Positions 18,747 to 30,430 are shown, counted from the whole stretch's first letter. The stretch is 63,558 nucleotides of DNA, filler included, from Actinomycetota bacterium (GCA_009886115.1; 6 parts of 6 records of this genome joined end to end with filler, not necessarily neighbours in it), one strand, 5' to 3'. The notes: generated from the sequence alone by a model not told the origin. Numbers and translations: made by a program.

Positions 18747-20300
18747 ATGCGGAGATCGAGGCGGTCGCCGGTGAGCCGGGCGATGATCGGGTCGGTGGCG
18801 CTCATCGCCGTCATCGCGCTCATCGCCGGGTGCGGCAGCAGCGACGACGATTCGTCGACCTCCCCACCGGCCTCGCCCGTGGTGGCCGACACGACGGCGT
18901 CGAGCGACGACGGTCCTGCCGACGACACGCCCGCTGAGAGCGAGGCCAGGTCGGTACCAACCGACGGCACGGGCTCGCCGGCAGTGGCACCCGGGGGCGA
19001 GGCCGCTCCGCTGCCACCGCTGCCTGATCCGGCACCGGCGCTGTCCTGCGACGGGTCGACCGTGTTGTGCGTCGATTCCGGCGCGAGCGGTGGAGGAGCC
19101 GACGGGACGGTGTCGCAGCCGTTTACGTCGGTGGCCGACGCGCTGAGCGCGGCGAGGGCCGGTACGACGGTCCAGGTCGCGGCCGGCACCTACGCCGAGC
19201 CCGTGGTGTTCGCCGGTGTCGACGATCTGAGCCTGATCGGCGGCTTCGCCACGGGAGGCGATTTCTCCGCCCGCGACTCGCAGGCCAACGAGACCGTGCT
19301 GCAGGGGACCAGCGAGACCTCGGTGGTCTCGATCACGGCGTCGAGCAACATCCACGTCGAGGGCTTCCGTCTCACCGGCGGTGGGGGCTCGACCGACACG
19401 TACCGCTGGTACGGCGGCGGCGTTCACATCGACTACGAATCGACCGACGTGGCCATCGTCGGCAATCGCATCGACTCGAACGCGGTCGACCACAGCGACG
19501 ATCCGGGCGAGACCGAGGGCGGCGGCATTGCGAGCTACGGCAACGGCATCTCGATCATCGGCAACGTCGTCGAGAACAATCGCGCCGGTCGCGGCTCGGG
19601 CATCTCGTCGATCGGGAAGGCGACGATCCAGGGGAACACCGTGAAGGGCAACGTCTCGGTGGGCGATCACGGCGGCGGCCTCTACCTCGCCGGTGAGCCG
19701 AGCATCCTCGGCAACCACATCGAGGGCAACCGCGTCGGCGAGACGCTCGGCTACGGCTGGGGTGGCGGCATGATCGTCTACGGCGATGGCACGATGGCGA
19801 CGCTCCAAGGCAACGTGATCACGGGCAACTACGCGGTCGCGGCGGGATCCGGTGTGTTCATCGACGACGGAGCTGACGCGACGTTGACCGACGAGCTCTA
19901 CTACGCGAACGAGTGCACCGTCGACGGCGGGACCGAGATGCTGGTCGACTCGGGAGGGGAGACCCCCACGGTGGCAGACCTCGTCAACGTCACCATCGCC
20001 CAGACCGACTGCCCGAGCTCGGGCAACGGTGGGGCGCTCCTCGCCGCGATCTCCGAGGCCGCCGCTCCGCCGTGCGAGGTCACCGTGACGAAGTCGATCT
20101 TCTGGGGCAACGGAGGCGACGACATGGTGTCGGGCGGCTGCAATCTGACGGTGACGAACTCCGACACCGAGCAAGCCATTGACGGCGAGGGCAACATCAG
20201 CGTCGACCCGATGTTCGTCGATCCGGCCAGTGGGGACTTCTCGCTCGACCCGGCCAGCCCTGCCGCAGGTCTGGGTGCCACCGAAAGGTCACCGTCATGA
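18747..20300 (+). CDS. Lipoprotein with DUF1565 / right-handed parallel beta-helix domain
   Basis: Lipobox LIAGC, S/P/D linker, DGTVSQPFTSVADAL..VAAGTY, GGG/IIGN repeats, GNISVDPMFVDPASGDFSL; TACAGT -10 six nt upstream of ATG (possibly leaderless). Confidence 0.8.
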   Translation: MRRSRRSPVSRAMIGSVALIAVIALIAGCGSSDDDSSTSPPASPVVADTTASSDDGPADDTPAESEARSVPTDGTGSPAVAPGGEAAPLPPLPDPAPALSCDGSTVLCVDSGASGGGADGTVSQPFTSVADALSAARAGTTVQVAAGTYAEPVVFAGVDDLSLIGGFATGGDFSARDSQANETVLQGTSETSVVSITASSNIHVEGFRLTGGGGSTDTYRWYGGGVHIDYESTDVAIVGNRIDSNAVDHSDDPGETEGGGIASYGNGISIIGNVVENNRAGRGSGISSIGKATIQGNTVKGNVSVGDHGGGLYLAGEPSILGNHIEGNRVGETLGYGWGGGMIVYGDGTMATLQGNVITGNYAVAAGSGVFIDDGADATLTDELYYANECTVDGGTEMLVDSGGETPTVADLVNVTIAQTDCPSSGNGGALLAAISEAAAPPCEVTVTKSIFWGNGGDDMVSGGCNLTVTNSDTEQAIDGEGNISVDPMFVDPASGDFSLDPASPAAGLGATERSPS

Positions 20301-22071
20301 CCCGCAGGACTCGACGCCGGGCGATAGCAGCCGCGGCCGCAGCCGCGCTCGCGATCGTAGGGGCGACGCTCACCGTCGGGCTTGCGCCCCAGACCGCCGG
20401 CGCAGCGCCCGACCTCGTCGCGTTTCCGGGCGCGGAGGGATTCGGAGCCGCCGCCACGGGCGGTCGAGGTGGCGACGTGATGATCGTCGACACGCTCGAG
20501 CCGTTCGGCCCTGGTTCGCTGGGTGATGCGATGTCTCCCGAGGATTGCCGACCCCGGACCGTGGTCTTCGCGGTCAGTGGCGTCATCGAGGTGCCCGGCC
20601 CGAAATACGACATGGAGCTGCGCTGCGGCGACGTCACCATCGCCGGCCAGACGGCGCCGGGCGCCGGGATCACGATCCACGGCCGCGTCGACGGATATGG
20701 GGCCGGGGGAAACATCATCATCCGCCACGTCCGATTCCGGCCGCCGCCGATCACCGATGCGGAGGGTGCCGTCGACGATCTCGCAAGCAGGTACGACGCA
20801 CTGCAGTTGGGGGCCAACCCCAACACGATCCTCGATCACCTCTCGCTCTCGTGGGGCAGTGACGAGACGCTCGACATGTACGAGTTCTCCCCCGACTCGA
20901 CGGTGCAGTGGACCACGATCGAGCAGTCCAACCCCGAAGGCGTCGAGCCGCCGCACAACGACGGGCTGATCGCCGGACCGGACAGCCCCCGCTTCACGGT
21001 GCATCACGTGCTCTTCGCCCATCACGAAGCTCGCTGCCCAGCGCTCGCCAGCGGGCCGATCGAGCTGATCAACAGCGTCATGTACGACTGCCAGGATGCG
21101 ATGGTCCACCACAACCCCGCGTCGGGCGAGTTCCACATCGCCGGCAACACGTTCATCCATGGCCCCAGCCACGAAGAGTTCACGCCGATGTTCTTCGACG
21201 ACGAAGAGCCCGGTGGCACCACGTACTGGCTCTCCCAGAACCAGATCACAGCACCCGGCCAGTTCGAGGGCATCGTCGACGACATCTCGACCACGCCGCT
21301 CGCCGAGGCGGCGTTCTCCGCCGGAACAGACGCGAGCCAGATCATCTCCCAGCCGACGGACTTCAGCGCCGAGGTGGCGACGCACCAGCCGGTCACCATG
21401 CAGACGCCAGGCGACGCGTACGAATCGGTGCTCACATCGGCGGGCGCGTTCCCTCGCGACGAGATGACCACCGAGACGATCAACGACGTGCGCACAGGTG
21501 GTGGCGACTGGACGCCGGACCCACCGGAGAACCTGATCGCCGGGCTGACCCCCGTTGAGCCGCCGGCAGATGCCGACGCCGACGGGATGGCCGACGCGTG
21601 GGAGTCCGACAACGGCCTCGACCCGGCGAACGGCGAGGATCACGCAACCGTGATGCCGTCCGGGTACACCGCCATCGAGGAGTTCGTGAACGGACTGTCC
21701 GACGAGCTGGTCGGCGCCGCCCCCGTCGCCGCGCCGCCCGGCACCGGGGCTGTCGACACCCCGGAGCCAGCTGACGGCGCGTCAGCCACGATCCCGGCAG
21801 CGGGCGAACCTGATGGCACGACAGGCGCCGACGCTGAAGCGAACGATGACGGCGCGGCGGCACCGTCGGGGTCGAGCGACGCTACGGCGGCCCCGGTGGC
21901 GACGACCGGCAGCACCTCCAGCAGCGACACCCTGGCCGTCATGGCGTTGGTCATCGCCGCGGTCGCGCTCGTCGTTGCCGGCTTCGCGCTCCACGCTGCG
22001 AGCCGCCGGCCGGCCGCTGGAGTCGCGGCGCCTGCGTCATGGACCCATCCGCCTCCGCCTCCGCCTCCGCC
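20297..22071 (+). CDS. Secreted, C-terminally anchored pectate lyase (PL1-like); runs off the contig end
   Basis: AFPGAEGFGAAATGGRGG, TIAGQTAPG, ILDHLSLSWGSDETLD, ARCP, DADADGMADAWE; C-terminal TM helix. Confidence 0.85.
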
Positions 22072-22171
22072 NNNNNNNNNNNNNNNNNNNNNNNNNNNNN
22101 NNNNNNNNNNNNNNNTTAATTAATTAANNNNNNNNNNNNNNNNNNNNNNNNNNNNNNNNNNNNNNNNNNNN
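22072..22171. other. Artificial contig linker
   Basis: N run with TTAATTAATTAA (stops in all six frames). Confidence 0.99.
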
Positions 22172-22745
22172 ACAGGAAGCCCATCGACACGAGCGGGTAG
22201 CGACCGCGGACATTCTTGGCGTCGCCGTACGCTTCCTCGAACCGATTTTTCCGGTTGTTCCCGAACGACGAGACCATGCTCTTGGTCGAGATGAGGAGCT
22301 CCGGGCCCCGTGACCAGTGAGCAACGAGAACATCGACCTGCTTGAAGTAGGCCCGTCCCAGGACATCGGCGCTCGAGGGTGCAGCCTTGGTGTTGCCAGC
22401 AACGCGACGTAAGGCCTGTTCCTGCTCAGACTTGGGTAGGCCCCTGATGAATTCGACCAGCTCCCGGGTGAGCACCCTCGGTCGCGTGAGGCGAGGCCAG
22501 ACTTCGTCAGGGTCGAAGCGCGCTCGGCGAAGCTCGTGAGCCACCCAGGCGTCGATGGCCTTGGCCAGCCGGCCAGTGGCCGAGTCGCTCCCGGCGGCGA
22601 TGGGAATCGCCAACAGGTGCTGGAGAAGCTCGTAGTCAGGCTCGAAGGTGGGTTGACCATTGCCGGTGCGCAGCCACGGCTCGGTCATGGACCTCGCCGC
22701 GAGCGTCCCCTCGAACGAGCTGAGGACGTCTTCCTTTTCGGCCAT
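22172..22745 (-). CDS. Putative type II restriction endonuclease (PaeR7I/XhoI-related PD-(D/E)xK); 3' truncated
   Basis: KQVDVLV...LLISTKSMVSSFGNNRKNRFEEAYGD resembles the XhoI-family SFGNNxxNRxEE motif; directly downstream of the MTase. Confidence 0.7.
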
Positions 22746-22768
22746 GTGGAGAAGTCTCCCGCTTCAGG

Positions 22769-24472
22769 TCACGAGAGCGAGGGATGTCCCACCGGGAAGA
22801 CGGTCGGGTCGATTCCGTAGGCACCGCAGGCGGCCTTGGTCGCCGCGCCACGATCTCGGGAACGGAAGGCCGCGCGGAGCTCGCCTCGTGTCGTTTCGCC
22901 GATCTCGGACATGCCGGGCACGCAGATTCGTCGGAGGTACTGCGCCTGGAACCGGTAGCAGCCGCCGCGCATCTTCACGCAGTATGCGCCCACGAAGAGG
23001 TTGGCGATGTCGGAAAGTACGATCCCCCCGAGAACTTCGAGATCCCATGTATCGGAAATCACGTAATACAGGTTGTGATGGGGGTAGTAGCCACCCTCGT
23101 CGAGCACCGGATGGGCCGCCGCCTTGAGATCGGGCAGCAACAGCTTCGGTCGGCTGCGAAGTGTCGGGTCGACGGCATCGATGGTCCGGTACCAGCGATC
23201 GGGGCGCTTCCGCGCGGTGTGTCGGGCGCGCAAGCGGCTCTCGTGCGCTTCGAGGTATCGGCGGAGCTCGGGGTACGTCGTCAGGTCGACGAGGCCGTCG
23301 CCGTTCCACGGGTTCACGAGATATCGGCCCGACCATGCTGGCTGTCCGCCCGCCAGATCGCCGGCGAGCAGCAGGGGTAGCAGGCGGTCCTTCTCGACCA
23401 GACAGGCGTCGGTGGTGATGTAGACCTCGTCGCAGCCCGTCGCGACGCCGATCCCGACCCGAGTGCCCGTGCTCGGGTCCTCCAGCGGCGGGAATCGCCG
23501 CTCGAGGTCGGCGAGGAGCGCGAGCTGGGATGGGCTGCCCGAGGGCCAGAGCTCCCGGCCCTTGAACCACGTCCCGAGCCGGCACGCCTCGAACGTGGCT
23601 GACTTCGGCGTGCCAGGGCGACGATCAATCATCCAGCGGGTGATCGTGCTCGCATCCTTCTCGTCGAATGCCTTCGACGCATCGACGACATGCGCGATCC
23701 CCTGCTTCTCGTTGCGCACCACTGTGATCGCCGGATAGGCCGACACCTCGTCCTCGAACGCCGCAACGTCGTGCATGGTGATCACCGCGTCCACGGAATA
23801 CCTGCTCGTGATCAGCTCACGGAGGGTCGCTCCATACTGGTTGTGCATCCACCGATCGGCGCAGATGAACGACAGCGCGCCGCCGGGCCTCAGCATGTCG
23901 AGCCCGGCTTCGAAGAAACCGACGTAGATGTCGCTGCGCCCACGCATCGTCGGACACGCCCGGCGGTAGGCGTCAGACAAGGCCGTCGGCACACCCTCGA
24001 GGCGGATGTACGGCGGGTTGCCGACGACGAAGTCGGCCATGGCGTGCTCATGATCGATGAGCAGGAAGTCGCCGACATCCACCCACCCGGCGGCCAGAGT
24101 CTCAGCGAGATCGCGCTCGATACCGCTTTCGCCAAGCTCGGCGAGCACAGCCTTGCGCGCCAAGACGGCGTTGGCCTGGCGGAGATCGAAGGCTCGGACC
24201 GCACCGCCGGTCTCGGCGATGTCACGCCCATGGAGCCGACACGATGCGACAAGGCGCTCGACGATCGGCACCAGGAAAGCACCAGTACCGCACGACGGCT
24301 CGATGATCGTGTGGGCGGCGAGATCCTTCGCGGGCATGTACCCCACGAGGTCGAGGATGAACTCGACCACCCACCGCTTGGTGAACACCTCGCCGAGATC
24401 GGCTTCCGGCTCGGTCGTCCAGTCGCTGCCGATCGAGGGCTCGAGGATCGAAAGCTGCCGGTTGACGGTCAT
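22769..24472 (-). CDS. N6-adenine DNA methyltransferase, gamma class (M.PaeR7I/M.XhoI-like, Eco57I domain)
   Basis: GEVFT, IEPSCGTGAF (motif I), VVGNPPY (motif IV), C-terminal KMRGGCYRFQAQYLRRI. Confidence 0.9.
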   Translation of the reverse strand: MTVNRQLSILEPSIGSDWTTEPEADLGEVFTKRWVVEFILDLVGYMPAKDLAAHTIIEPSCGTGAFLVPIVERLVASCRLHGRDIAETGGAVRAFDLRQANAVLARKAVLAELGESGIERDLAETLAAGWVDVGDFLLIDHEHAMADFVVGNPPYIRLEGVPTALSDAYRRACPTMRGRSDIYVGFFEAGLDMLRPGGALSFICADRWMHNQYGATLRELITSRYSVDAVITMHDVAAFEDEVSAYPAITVVRNEKQGIAHVVDASKAFDEKDASTITRWMIDRRPGTPKSATFEACRLGTWFKGRELWPSGSPSQLALLADLERRFPPLEDPSTGTRVGIGVATGCDEVYITTDACLVEKDRLLPLLLAGDLAGGQPAWSGRYLVNPWNGDGLVDLTTYPELRRYLEAHESRLRARHTARKRPDRWYRTIDAVDPTLRSRPKLLLPDLKAAAHPVLDEGGYYPHHNLYYVISDTWDLEVLGGIVLSDIANLFVGAYCVKMRGGCYRFQAQYLRRICVPGMSEIGETTRGELRAAFRSRDRGAATKAACGAYGIDPTVFPVGHPSLS

Positions 24473-24748
24473 CGGGTCGACTCCCACAGGCTCAAACTAC
24501 ATCGCTGGAACTCGGGAGGCGCCGTGACGACCTCCGGCCGTCGAGATCCTCGGGGCTCCCCCGGAACGATCGTCGCACACCCATGAGACAATCACGACGG
24601 GCTGGGCCCCGACACGAGCTCCAAGCGCGCGTACGACATCGGCATCTCCCTCGCCGCGACCTCGAAGGACCCAGACAAGGTCCCAGGGCCCGGTCTGGAG
24701 CGACCATCGGCTCAGGCGTCGCGTGTGCCGGCGGCGTTGACCGGTGCC

Positions 24749-27166
24749 ATGGTCACGACACCGTCCACAACGTTGGCAGCCACCGCGCACCCGCACGACG
24801 TCGTCGTGCCGATCGACGAGCTCACCCTCAGCGACGTGCCCCGGGCCGGGGGAAAGGGCGCCAACCTGGGTGAGCTCACCCGGGCCGGGCTCCCGGTCCC
24901 CCCGGGCTTCGTCGTCACCGCCGAGGCCTACCTCGACGCCATGACCGTCGCCGGCGTCAGGGCCGCACTCTTCGAGGGGTTCGCGTCGGCCGACGTCGAC
25001 GACGCCGACGCGCTCGCCGCCAAGTCGTCGCGTCTGAAGGCGACCGTGCGCGATGCCGGCATTCCCGAGACCCTCGCTGCCGAGATCCGCGCGTCCCTCG
25101 GTCGTCTCGATCCCGAGGGCGATGCCCGGGTCGCGGTGCGGTCCTCGGCCACCGCCGAGGACACCCAGGGCACGTCCTTCGCCGGGATGCACGAGACGTT
25201 CACCAACGTGCACGGTGCCGACGAGGTGCTCGACCGGATCGTCGCCTGCTGGATGTCCTTGTTCGGCCAACGCGTCATCAGCTACCGCTCGTCGCAGGGG
25301 CTCGCCGAGGAGCCCAACATCGCCGTGGTCGTGCAACGCATGGTCGACAGCGACCGCAGCGGCGTGATGTTCACCGCCGACCCGTCGACGGGCGACCGGG
25401 GCCGCATCGTGATCGAGGGGGCCTTCGGGCTCGGTGAGTCGGTCGTGAGCGGAGCCGTGCAGCCCGACACCTACGTGGTCGACAAGGTCGGCCCGACCCT
25501 GGTGTCGGTGCACATCGGGCAGAAGACCCACCAGATCGTCCGAGGTCCCGACGGTCGCGACCGGCACGAGGACCTGAGCGAGGCCGACGGGCGCAAGCGG
25601 GTGCTCACCGACGACGAGATCATCGCGCTGGCCCACGTCGCACTGGCCGCCGAGGCCCACTACGGCGAGCCCCAGGACATGGAATGGGGATACGAGGACG
25701 ACCACCTGTACCTGCTGCAGTCACGGCCCATCACCACGCTCGATCTCGGCCCGAACGGGCCCGGCGCTGCGACCTCCTCGACCTCCTCGACCTCCTCGAC
25801 CTCCTCGACTTCGTCGGGCGGCGGAGCGTCGGCACCGGTCCCCCTGCTCTCGGGGCTCGGTGCAGCGCCGGGCGTGGTGAGCGGCCCGGTGCGGATCCTG
25901 CGCTCCCCCAAGGAGGGACGCCTGCTGCAGCCCGGGGAGGTGCTCGTCGCCACGATGACGACGCCCGACTGGGTTCCCGCGATGCGCCGCGCCGCGGCGC
26001 TCGTCACCGACGGAGGAGGGGTGACGTGCCACGCCGCCATCGTGAGCCGCGAGCTGCGCGTCCCGTGTGTGGTCGGAACCCGTTCGGCGACGACCCGTCT
26101 GCGTGACGGCGAGATCGTGACCGTCGACGGCGCCGCCGGGGCGATCTACGAGGGTGACGTGCGCGCCCGGCTCGGCGTCGGCTCAGCGAGCGCGTCCGGC
26201 GTGACGTTTGGCCCGGGCCCCTTCGCTGGCAGTGGTTCGGGGCCGTCCGCACCCGAGACGCTGGCGACTCGCGTGTACCTGAACCTGGCCCTCCCCGAGG
26301 AGGCCACCGCCGCGGCCGCGCTCCCGGTCGACGGTGTCGGGTTGCTGCGGGCCGAGTTCATGCTCACGAGCGCCCTCGGCGGCGTGCACCCCGCGCACCT
26401 GTTGGCCTCCGGTGGACGCGACGAGTTCGTCGAACGCATGAGCGCGGCCCTGCTGGAGATCTGCCGCCCGTTCGCTCCGCGGCCCGTCGTCTACCGGTCG
26501 ATCGACTTCCGCACCAACGAGTTCCGCAATCTCGACGGGGGCGAGCGGTTCGAGCCGGTCGAGGAGAACCCGATGATCGGCTACCGGGGCTGCTACCGGT
26601 ACGTCCGCGACCCCGAGCTGTTCAACCTGGAGCTGGAGGTCATCGCCCGGGTGCGGTCCCAGAGCCCGAACCTGCATCTCATGATCCCGTTCGTCCGTAC
26701 CCTCTGGGAGCTGGAGGCCTGCCTGGGCCTGGTCGACGCCAGCCCGCTCGGGTCGGATCGGAGCTTGTTGCGCTGGATCATGGCCGAGGTGCCATCGGTC
26801 GTGTACCGCATCCCCGAGTACGCCTCGCTCGGGATCCACGGGGTGTCGATCGGCTCCAACGACCTGACCCAGCTGATGCTCGGGGTCGATCGTGACTCCG
26901 AGATCTGCTCGGACCTCTTCGACGAGGGCGACGCCGCCGTGCTCGACGCGATCCGGCGCATCGTCGAAGCGTGCCGCGCTCACGGGCTCACGTCGTCGCT
27001 GTGTGGCCAGGCCCCGTCGAACCGGCCCGAGTTCGCCGAGCACCTCGTGAGCTTCGGGATCACCTCGGTGTCGGTCATCCCCGACGCCGTCGAGCCCACC
27101 CGGCGGGCGATCGCCGCGGCCGAACGCCGTCTGCTCCTCGAAGCCGCCCGCGCCGGTCGTCCCTGA
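24749..27166 (+). CDS. ppsA: Phosphoenolpyruvate synthase
   Basis: [24 protein letters not shown], phospho-His [48 protein letters not shown]. Confidence 0.95.
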   Translation: MVTTPSTTLAATAHPHDVVVPIDELTLSDVPRAGGKGANLGELTRAGLPVPPGFVVTAEAYLDAMTVAGVRAALFEGFASADVDDADALAAKSSRLKATVRDAGIPETLAAEIRASLGRLDPEGDARVAVRSSATAEDTQGTSFAGMHETFTNVHGADEVLDRIVACWMSLFGQRVISYRSSQGLAEEPNIAVVVQRMVDSDRSGVMFTADPSTGDRGRIVIEGAFGLGESVVSGAVQPDTYVVDKVGPTLVSVHIGQKTHQIVRGPDGRDRHEDLSEADGRKRVLTDDEIIALAHVALAAEAHYGEPQDMEWGYEDDHLYLLQSRPITTLDLGPNGPGAATSSTSSTSSTSSTSSGGGASAPVPLLSGLGAAPGVVSGPVRILRSPKEGRLLQPGEVLVATMTTPDWVPAMRRAAALVTDGGGVTCHAAIVSRELRVPCVVGTRSATTRLRDGEIVTVDGAAGAIYEGDVRARLGVGSASASGVTFGPGPFAGSGSGPSAPETLATRVYLNLALPEEATAAAALPVDGVGLLRAEFMLTSALGGVHPAHLLASGGRDEFVERMSAALLEICRPFAPRPVVYRSIDFRTNEFRNLDGGERFEPVEENPMIGYRGCYRYVRDPELFNLELEVIARVRSQSPNLHLMIPFVRTLWELEACLGLVDASPLGSDRSLLRWIMAEVPSVVYRIPEYASLGIHGVSIGSNDLTQLMLGVDRDSEICSDLFDEGDAAVLDAIRRIVEACRAHGLTSSLCGQAPSNRPEFAEHLVSFGITSVSVIPDAVEPTRRAIAAAERRLLLEAARAGRP

Positions 27167-27193
27167 CGGTCGTCCTGACGGTCGTCCCGACGG
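27154..27193. repeat. 12-13 bp tandem repeat x3 (CGGTCGTCC(C/T)GA) at the ppsA stop
   Basis: cggtcgtccctga cggtcgtcctga cggtcgtcccga. Confidence 0.8.
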
Positions 27194-27245
27194 AGGGGTG
27201 CGATCGCTACGCCGGCCGTTCGGGCGGGCCGAGCGGGCGGGTGGG

Positions 27246-28049
27246 CTACGGCCCGGGATCGTCGCTCGGCGCGACGGGTCGTGCCGATGCGTCGAGGTTC
27301 CGCGCCAAGCTGTCGAACACGCGCAGCAGCTCGAACGGCAGGGGGAACACGATCGTCGAGTTCTTCTCGACCGAGATCTCGGCCAGGGTAGCGAGCGTCC
27401 TGAGCTGCAGTGCCGCTGGGTGTCGCTCCATGGTCGCTGCCGCTTGCCCGAGGGCCTCGGCAGCCTCGAGCTCACCGCGGGCGTGGATGACCTTGGCGCG
27501 ACGCTCCCGTTCCGACTCGGCCTCCCGGGCCATGGCGCGGCGCATCTGGTCGGGGAGCTCCACGTCCTTGATCTCCACGGTCGTGACCTCGACCCCCCAC
27601 GGCTCGGTCGTGGCGTCGATGATCTCGCGCAGCTGCGAGCTGATCGACTCTCGGTCGCGTAGCAGCGCGTCGAGCTCGTGCTGACGGAGTACCGACAAGA
27701 GCGTCACCTGCGACACCTGCGCCGTGGCGAACTGGAAGTTCTGCACCGACATGACGGCCCGTACCGGATCACGTACCACGTAGTACGTGACCCCGTTGAC
27801 GCGCACGGTCACGTTGTCCTTGGTGACCAGCTCCTGGAGCGGGATCTCCAGCGCCACCACGCGCAGGCCGACCCGTGTGATCCGATCGATGATCGGCAGC
27901 ACCACGATCAGCCCCGGGCCCCTGGCGCCCTTGAGGTGCCCCAGCCGGAAGAACACCGCTCGCTCGTACTCGGGGATCACCTTCAACGACGTCAGGACGA
28001 GCAGCACGCCGAGGGCGAGCACGACCACCAGGATCCAGACGATCACCAT
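27246..28049 (-). CDS. SPFH/band 7 (slipin/stomatin) family protein
   Basis: N-terminal TM, EYERAVFFRLG, TKDNVTVRV, WGVEVTTVEIKDV, AESERERRAK, PAALQLRTL. Confidence 0.93.
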   Translation of the reverse strand: MVIVWILVVVLALGVLLVLTSLKVIPEYERAVFFRLGHLKGARGPGLIVVLPIIDRITRVGLRVVALEIPLQELVTKDNVTVRVNGVTYYVVRDPVRAVMSVQNFQFATAQVSQVTLLSVLRQHELDALLRDRESISSQLREIIDATTEPWGVEVTTVEIKDVELPDQMRRAMAREAESERERRAKVIHARGELEAAEALGQAAATMERHPAALQLRTLATLAEISVEKNSTIVFPLPFELLRVFDSLARNLDASARPVAPSDDPGP

Positions 28050-28107
28050 GTCGTCGAGCCTCGGCGCTCGCCGATCACGGAGATAGAGGCGAGTGACGGC
28101 GTCGGCC

Positions 28108-28162
28108 GGGCCACTGGTCCCTTCGGGGACGGACGGGCCCGCACGGAGGGACCTTCGTCCCT
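28108..28162. promoter_or_regulatory. Tandem DevR/DosR(OsdR)-type binding boxes in a divergent promoter
   Basis: AGGGAC-CTTC-GTCCCT (28147-28162), GGGCC-ACTG-GTCCC (28108-28121), weak middle site GGGACGGACGGGCCC (28126-28140). Confidence 0.7.
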
Positions 28163-28226
28163 GGGATCGCCGACTCGCACGGGCGAAGGTCGACGTGACC
28201 ATTCGGCGCCAGACGAGGAGCGGCTC

Positions 28227-28607
28227 ATGGATCATCCCGAGCGTTTCCAACACCAGCGGGGGCTACTGCGCCGGCTCGGCGCCGAGGTTCCCGGTCCGAT
28301 GGCCGGGTTCAGCCGCCTGCACCACGACGCGCTCGCCGACGGCGCGCTGGCCACATCGGTGAAGGAGCTCATGGCCGTCGTAGCCGGGATCTGCACGCAC
28401 TGTGATGACTGCATCACCTATCACATGCGAGGCGCGCTGCTCGCCGGGGCGACCCGCGAGCAGGTGCTCGAGGCGATCGGCGTCGCCATCCTCATGGGCG
28501 GCGGTCCCGCGGTGATGTACGGCACGCACGCCATGGAGGCGCTCGACCAGTTCGAGGAGCAGCTCGCGGGTGGCTCGTCGGCGTCGCAGCCGACCGAAGC
28601 CCCGTGA
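28227..28607 (+). CDS. Carboxymuconolactone decarboxylase/AhpD family protein
   Basis: [52 protein letters not shown]. Confidence 0.9.
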   Translation: MDHPERFQHQRGLLRRLGAEVPGPMAGFSRLHHDALADGALATSVKELMAVVAGICTHCDDCITYHMRGALLAGATREQVLEAIGVAILMGGGPAVMYGTHAMEALDQFEEQLAGGSSASQPTEAP

Positions 28608-30430
28608 TGACCACCCCGGCGCTGACCGCTCCGAACATGGAGGACTACGCGGCGACGCGAGCCGAGTTCTCCTGGCCGTGGGCTCGCCACCTGCTCGACG
28701 GGCTGCCCGGTGGCGGGCTCAACATCGCCCACGAGGCCGTCGACCGCCACACGGCCGGCCCGCGGCGCTCCCACGTGGCATTGCGCTGCCTGAGCCGCCA
28801 GGGTGGCCCGGCCCGTGACCTGTCGTACGAGGATCTGCGCCAGCTCACCAACCGGTTCGCCAACGTGCTCGACGGTCTGGGTGTCGGCCCCGGCGAGGTC
28901 GTGTTCACGCTCAGTGGACGGGTGCCCGAGCTGTACGTCGCCGTGCTCGGGACCCTCAAGCACCGCAGTGTGGCGTCGCCGCTGTTCTCGGCGTTCGGGC
29001 CCGAGCCGATCCGCCAGCGCATCGCCCGGGGCGACGGGCGGGTGCTCATGACCACCCGGGCCCTCTACGAGCGCAAGGTCGCGCCCATCCGCCACGAGCT
29101 CCCCGGACTGGCCCACGTCCTCATCGTCGACGGTGCGCTGGACATGCTTCGAGTCGACGCCGGCGACGCCGCTGACGACGTCGCCGCGGTCCGAGCCCGC
29201 CTCGGCGACCTGCCCGAGGGCACCAGGAGCCTGGGCGAGCTGATGGCGGCCGCCGACCGCCACTACCGGATCGGGCCCACCGACCCGGAGGCCATGGCGC
29301 TGCTGCATTTCACGAGCGGGACGACCGGCACGCCGAAGGGCGCGATCCACGTCCACGAAGCCGTGGTGGCCCACCACCTGACGGGCCGTCTCGTGCTCGA
29401 CCTGCATGCCGACGACGTGTTCTGGTGCACCGCCGATCCGGGGTGGGTCACCGGCACCTCGTACGGGATCATCTCGCCGCTGACCCTCGGGGTGACGAGC
29501 ATCGTCGACGAGGGCGAGTTCGACGCCGAACGCTGGTACCGGACGCTCCAGGAGCAGCGGGTGACCGTCTGGTACACCGCGCCCACGGCGATCCGCATGC
29601 TCATGAAGGCCGGCCCGGAGCTGGCCGCCGGCTACGACCTGTCGCACGTTCGGGTGATCGCCAGCGTCGGCGAGCCGCTCAACCCCGAGGCCGTCGTGTG
29701 GGGCCGGGAGGTGTTGGGCCTGCCGATCCTCGACAACTGGTGGCAGACCGAGACCGGCGGGATCATGATCGCCAACTACCCGTCGATGCCGGTGCGCCCC
29801 GGCTCCATGGGCCGGCCGTTACCGGGGATCGAGGCGACCGTCGTCGAGCGTGACGAGCACGGCACGGTCGTGCTCGGCGCCGACGGCGCGCCGGTGCCCG
29901 TCCCGACAGGGACCGAGGGCGAGATGGTGCTGCGGGCCGGCTGGCCGTCGATGTTTCGCGGCTACCTCAACGACGACGAGCGCTACGCGAAGTGCTTCGG
30001 CGGGGGCTGGTACCTCACCGGCGACCTCGCCCGGGTCGACGACGACGGCTACTTCTGGTTCATCGGACGAGGCGACGATGTCATCAAGTCGGCCGGCCAT
30101 CTCATCGGCCCCTTCGAGGTCGAGAGCGTCCTGATGGAGCATCCCGCCGTTGCCGAAGCCGGCGTGATCGGCGTTCCCGACCCCATCGCCGGTGAGGTGG
30201 TGAAGGCGTTCGTGACGCTGCGTCACGGCTTCACCGCGAGCGACGAGCTGCGCCAGGAGATCCTCGGCGTGGCTCGCCGCCGGCTCGGCCCCGCTGTGGC
30301 CCCCCGGTCGATCGAGCTGCGAGACACCCTGCCCCGCACGCGCAGCGGCAAGATCATGCGCCGCTTGCTCAAGGCCCGGGAGCTGGGCCTTCCCGAGGGC
30401 GACCTGAGCACCCTCGAGGACGGGTCGTGA
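28604..30430 (+). CDS. acsA: Acetate--CoA ligase
   Basis: [62 protein letters not shown]. Confidence 0.93.
   Translation: MMTTPALTAPNMEDYAATRAEFSWPWARHLLDGLPGGGLNIAHEAVDRHTAGPRRSHVALRCLSRQGGPARDLSYEDLRQLTNRFANVLDGLGVGPGEVVFTLSGRVPELYVAVLGTLKHRSVASPLFSAFGPEPIRQRIARGDGRVLMTTRALYERKVAPIRHELPGLAHVLIVDGALDMLRVDAGDAADDVAAVRARLGDLPEGTRSLGELMAAADRHYRIGPTDPEAMALLHFTSGTTGTPKGAIHVHEAVVAHHLTGRLVLDLHADDVFWCTADPGWVTGTSYGIISPLTLGVTSIVDEGEFDAERWYRTLQEQRVTVWYTAPTAIRMLMKAGPELAAGYDLSHVRVIASVGEPLNPEAVVWGREVLGLPILDNWWQTETGGIMIANYPSMPVRPGSMGRPLPGIEATVVERDEHGTVVLGADGAPVPVPTGTEGEMVLRAGWPSMFRGYLNDDERYAKCFGGGWYLTGDLARVDDDGYFWFIGRGDDVIKSAGHLIGPFEVESVLMEHPAVAEAGVIGVPDPIAGEVVKAFVTLRHGFTASDELRQEILGVARRRLGPAVAPRSIELRDTLPRTRSGKIMRRLLKARELGLPEGDLSTLEDGS

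Noticed and set aside
22116..22127. TTAATTAATTAA palindrome repeated five times inside N runs
   Set aside because: Artificial six-frame stop linker between contigs; not biological
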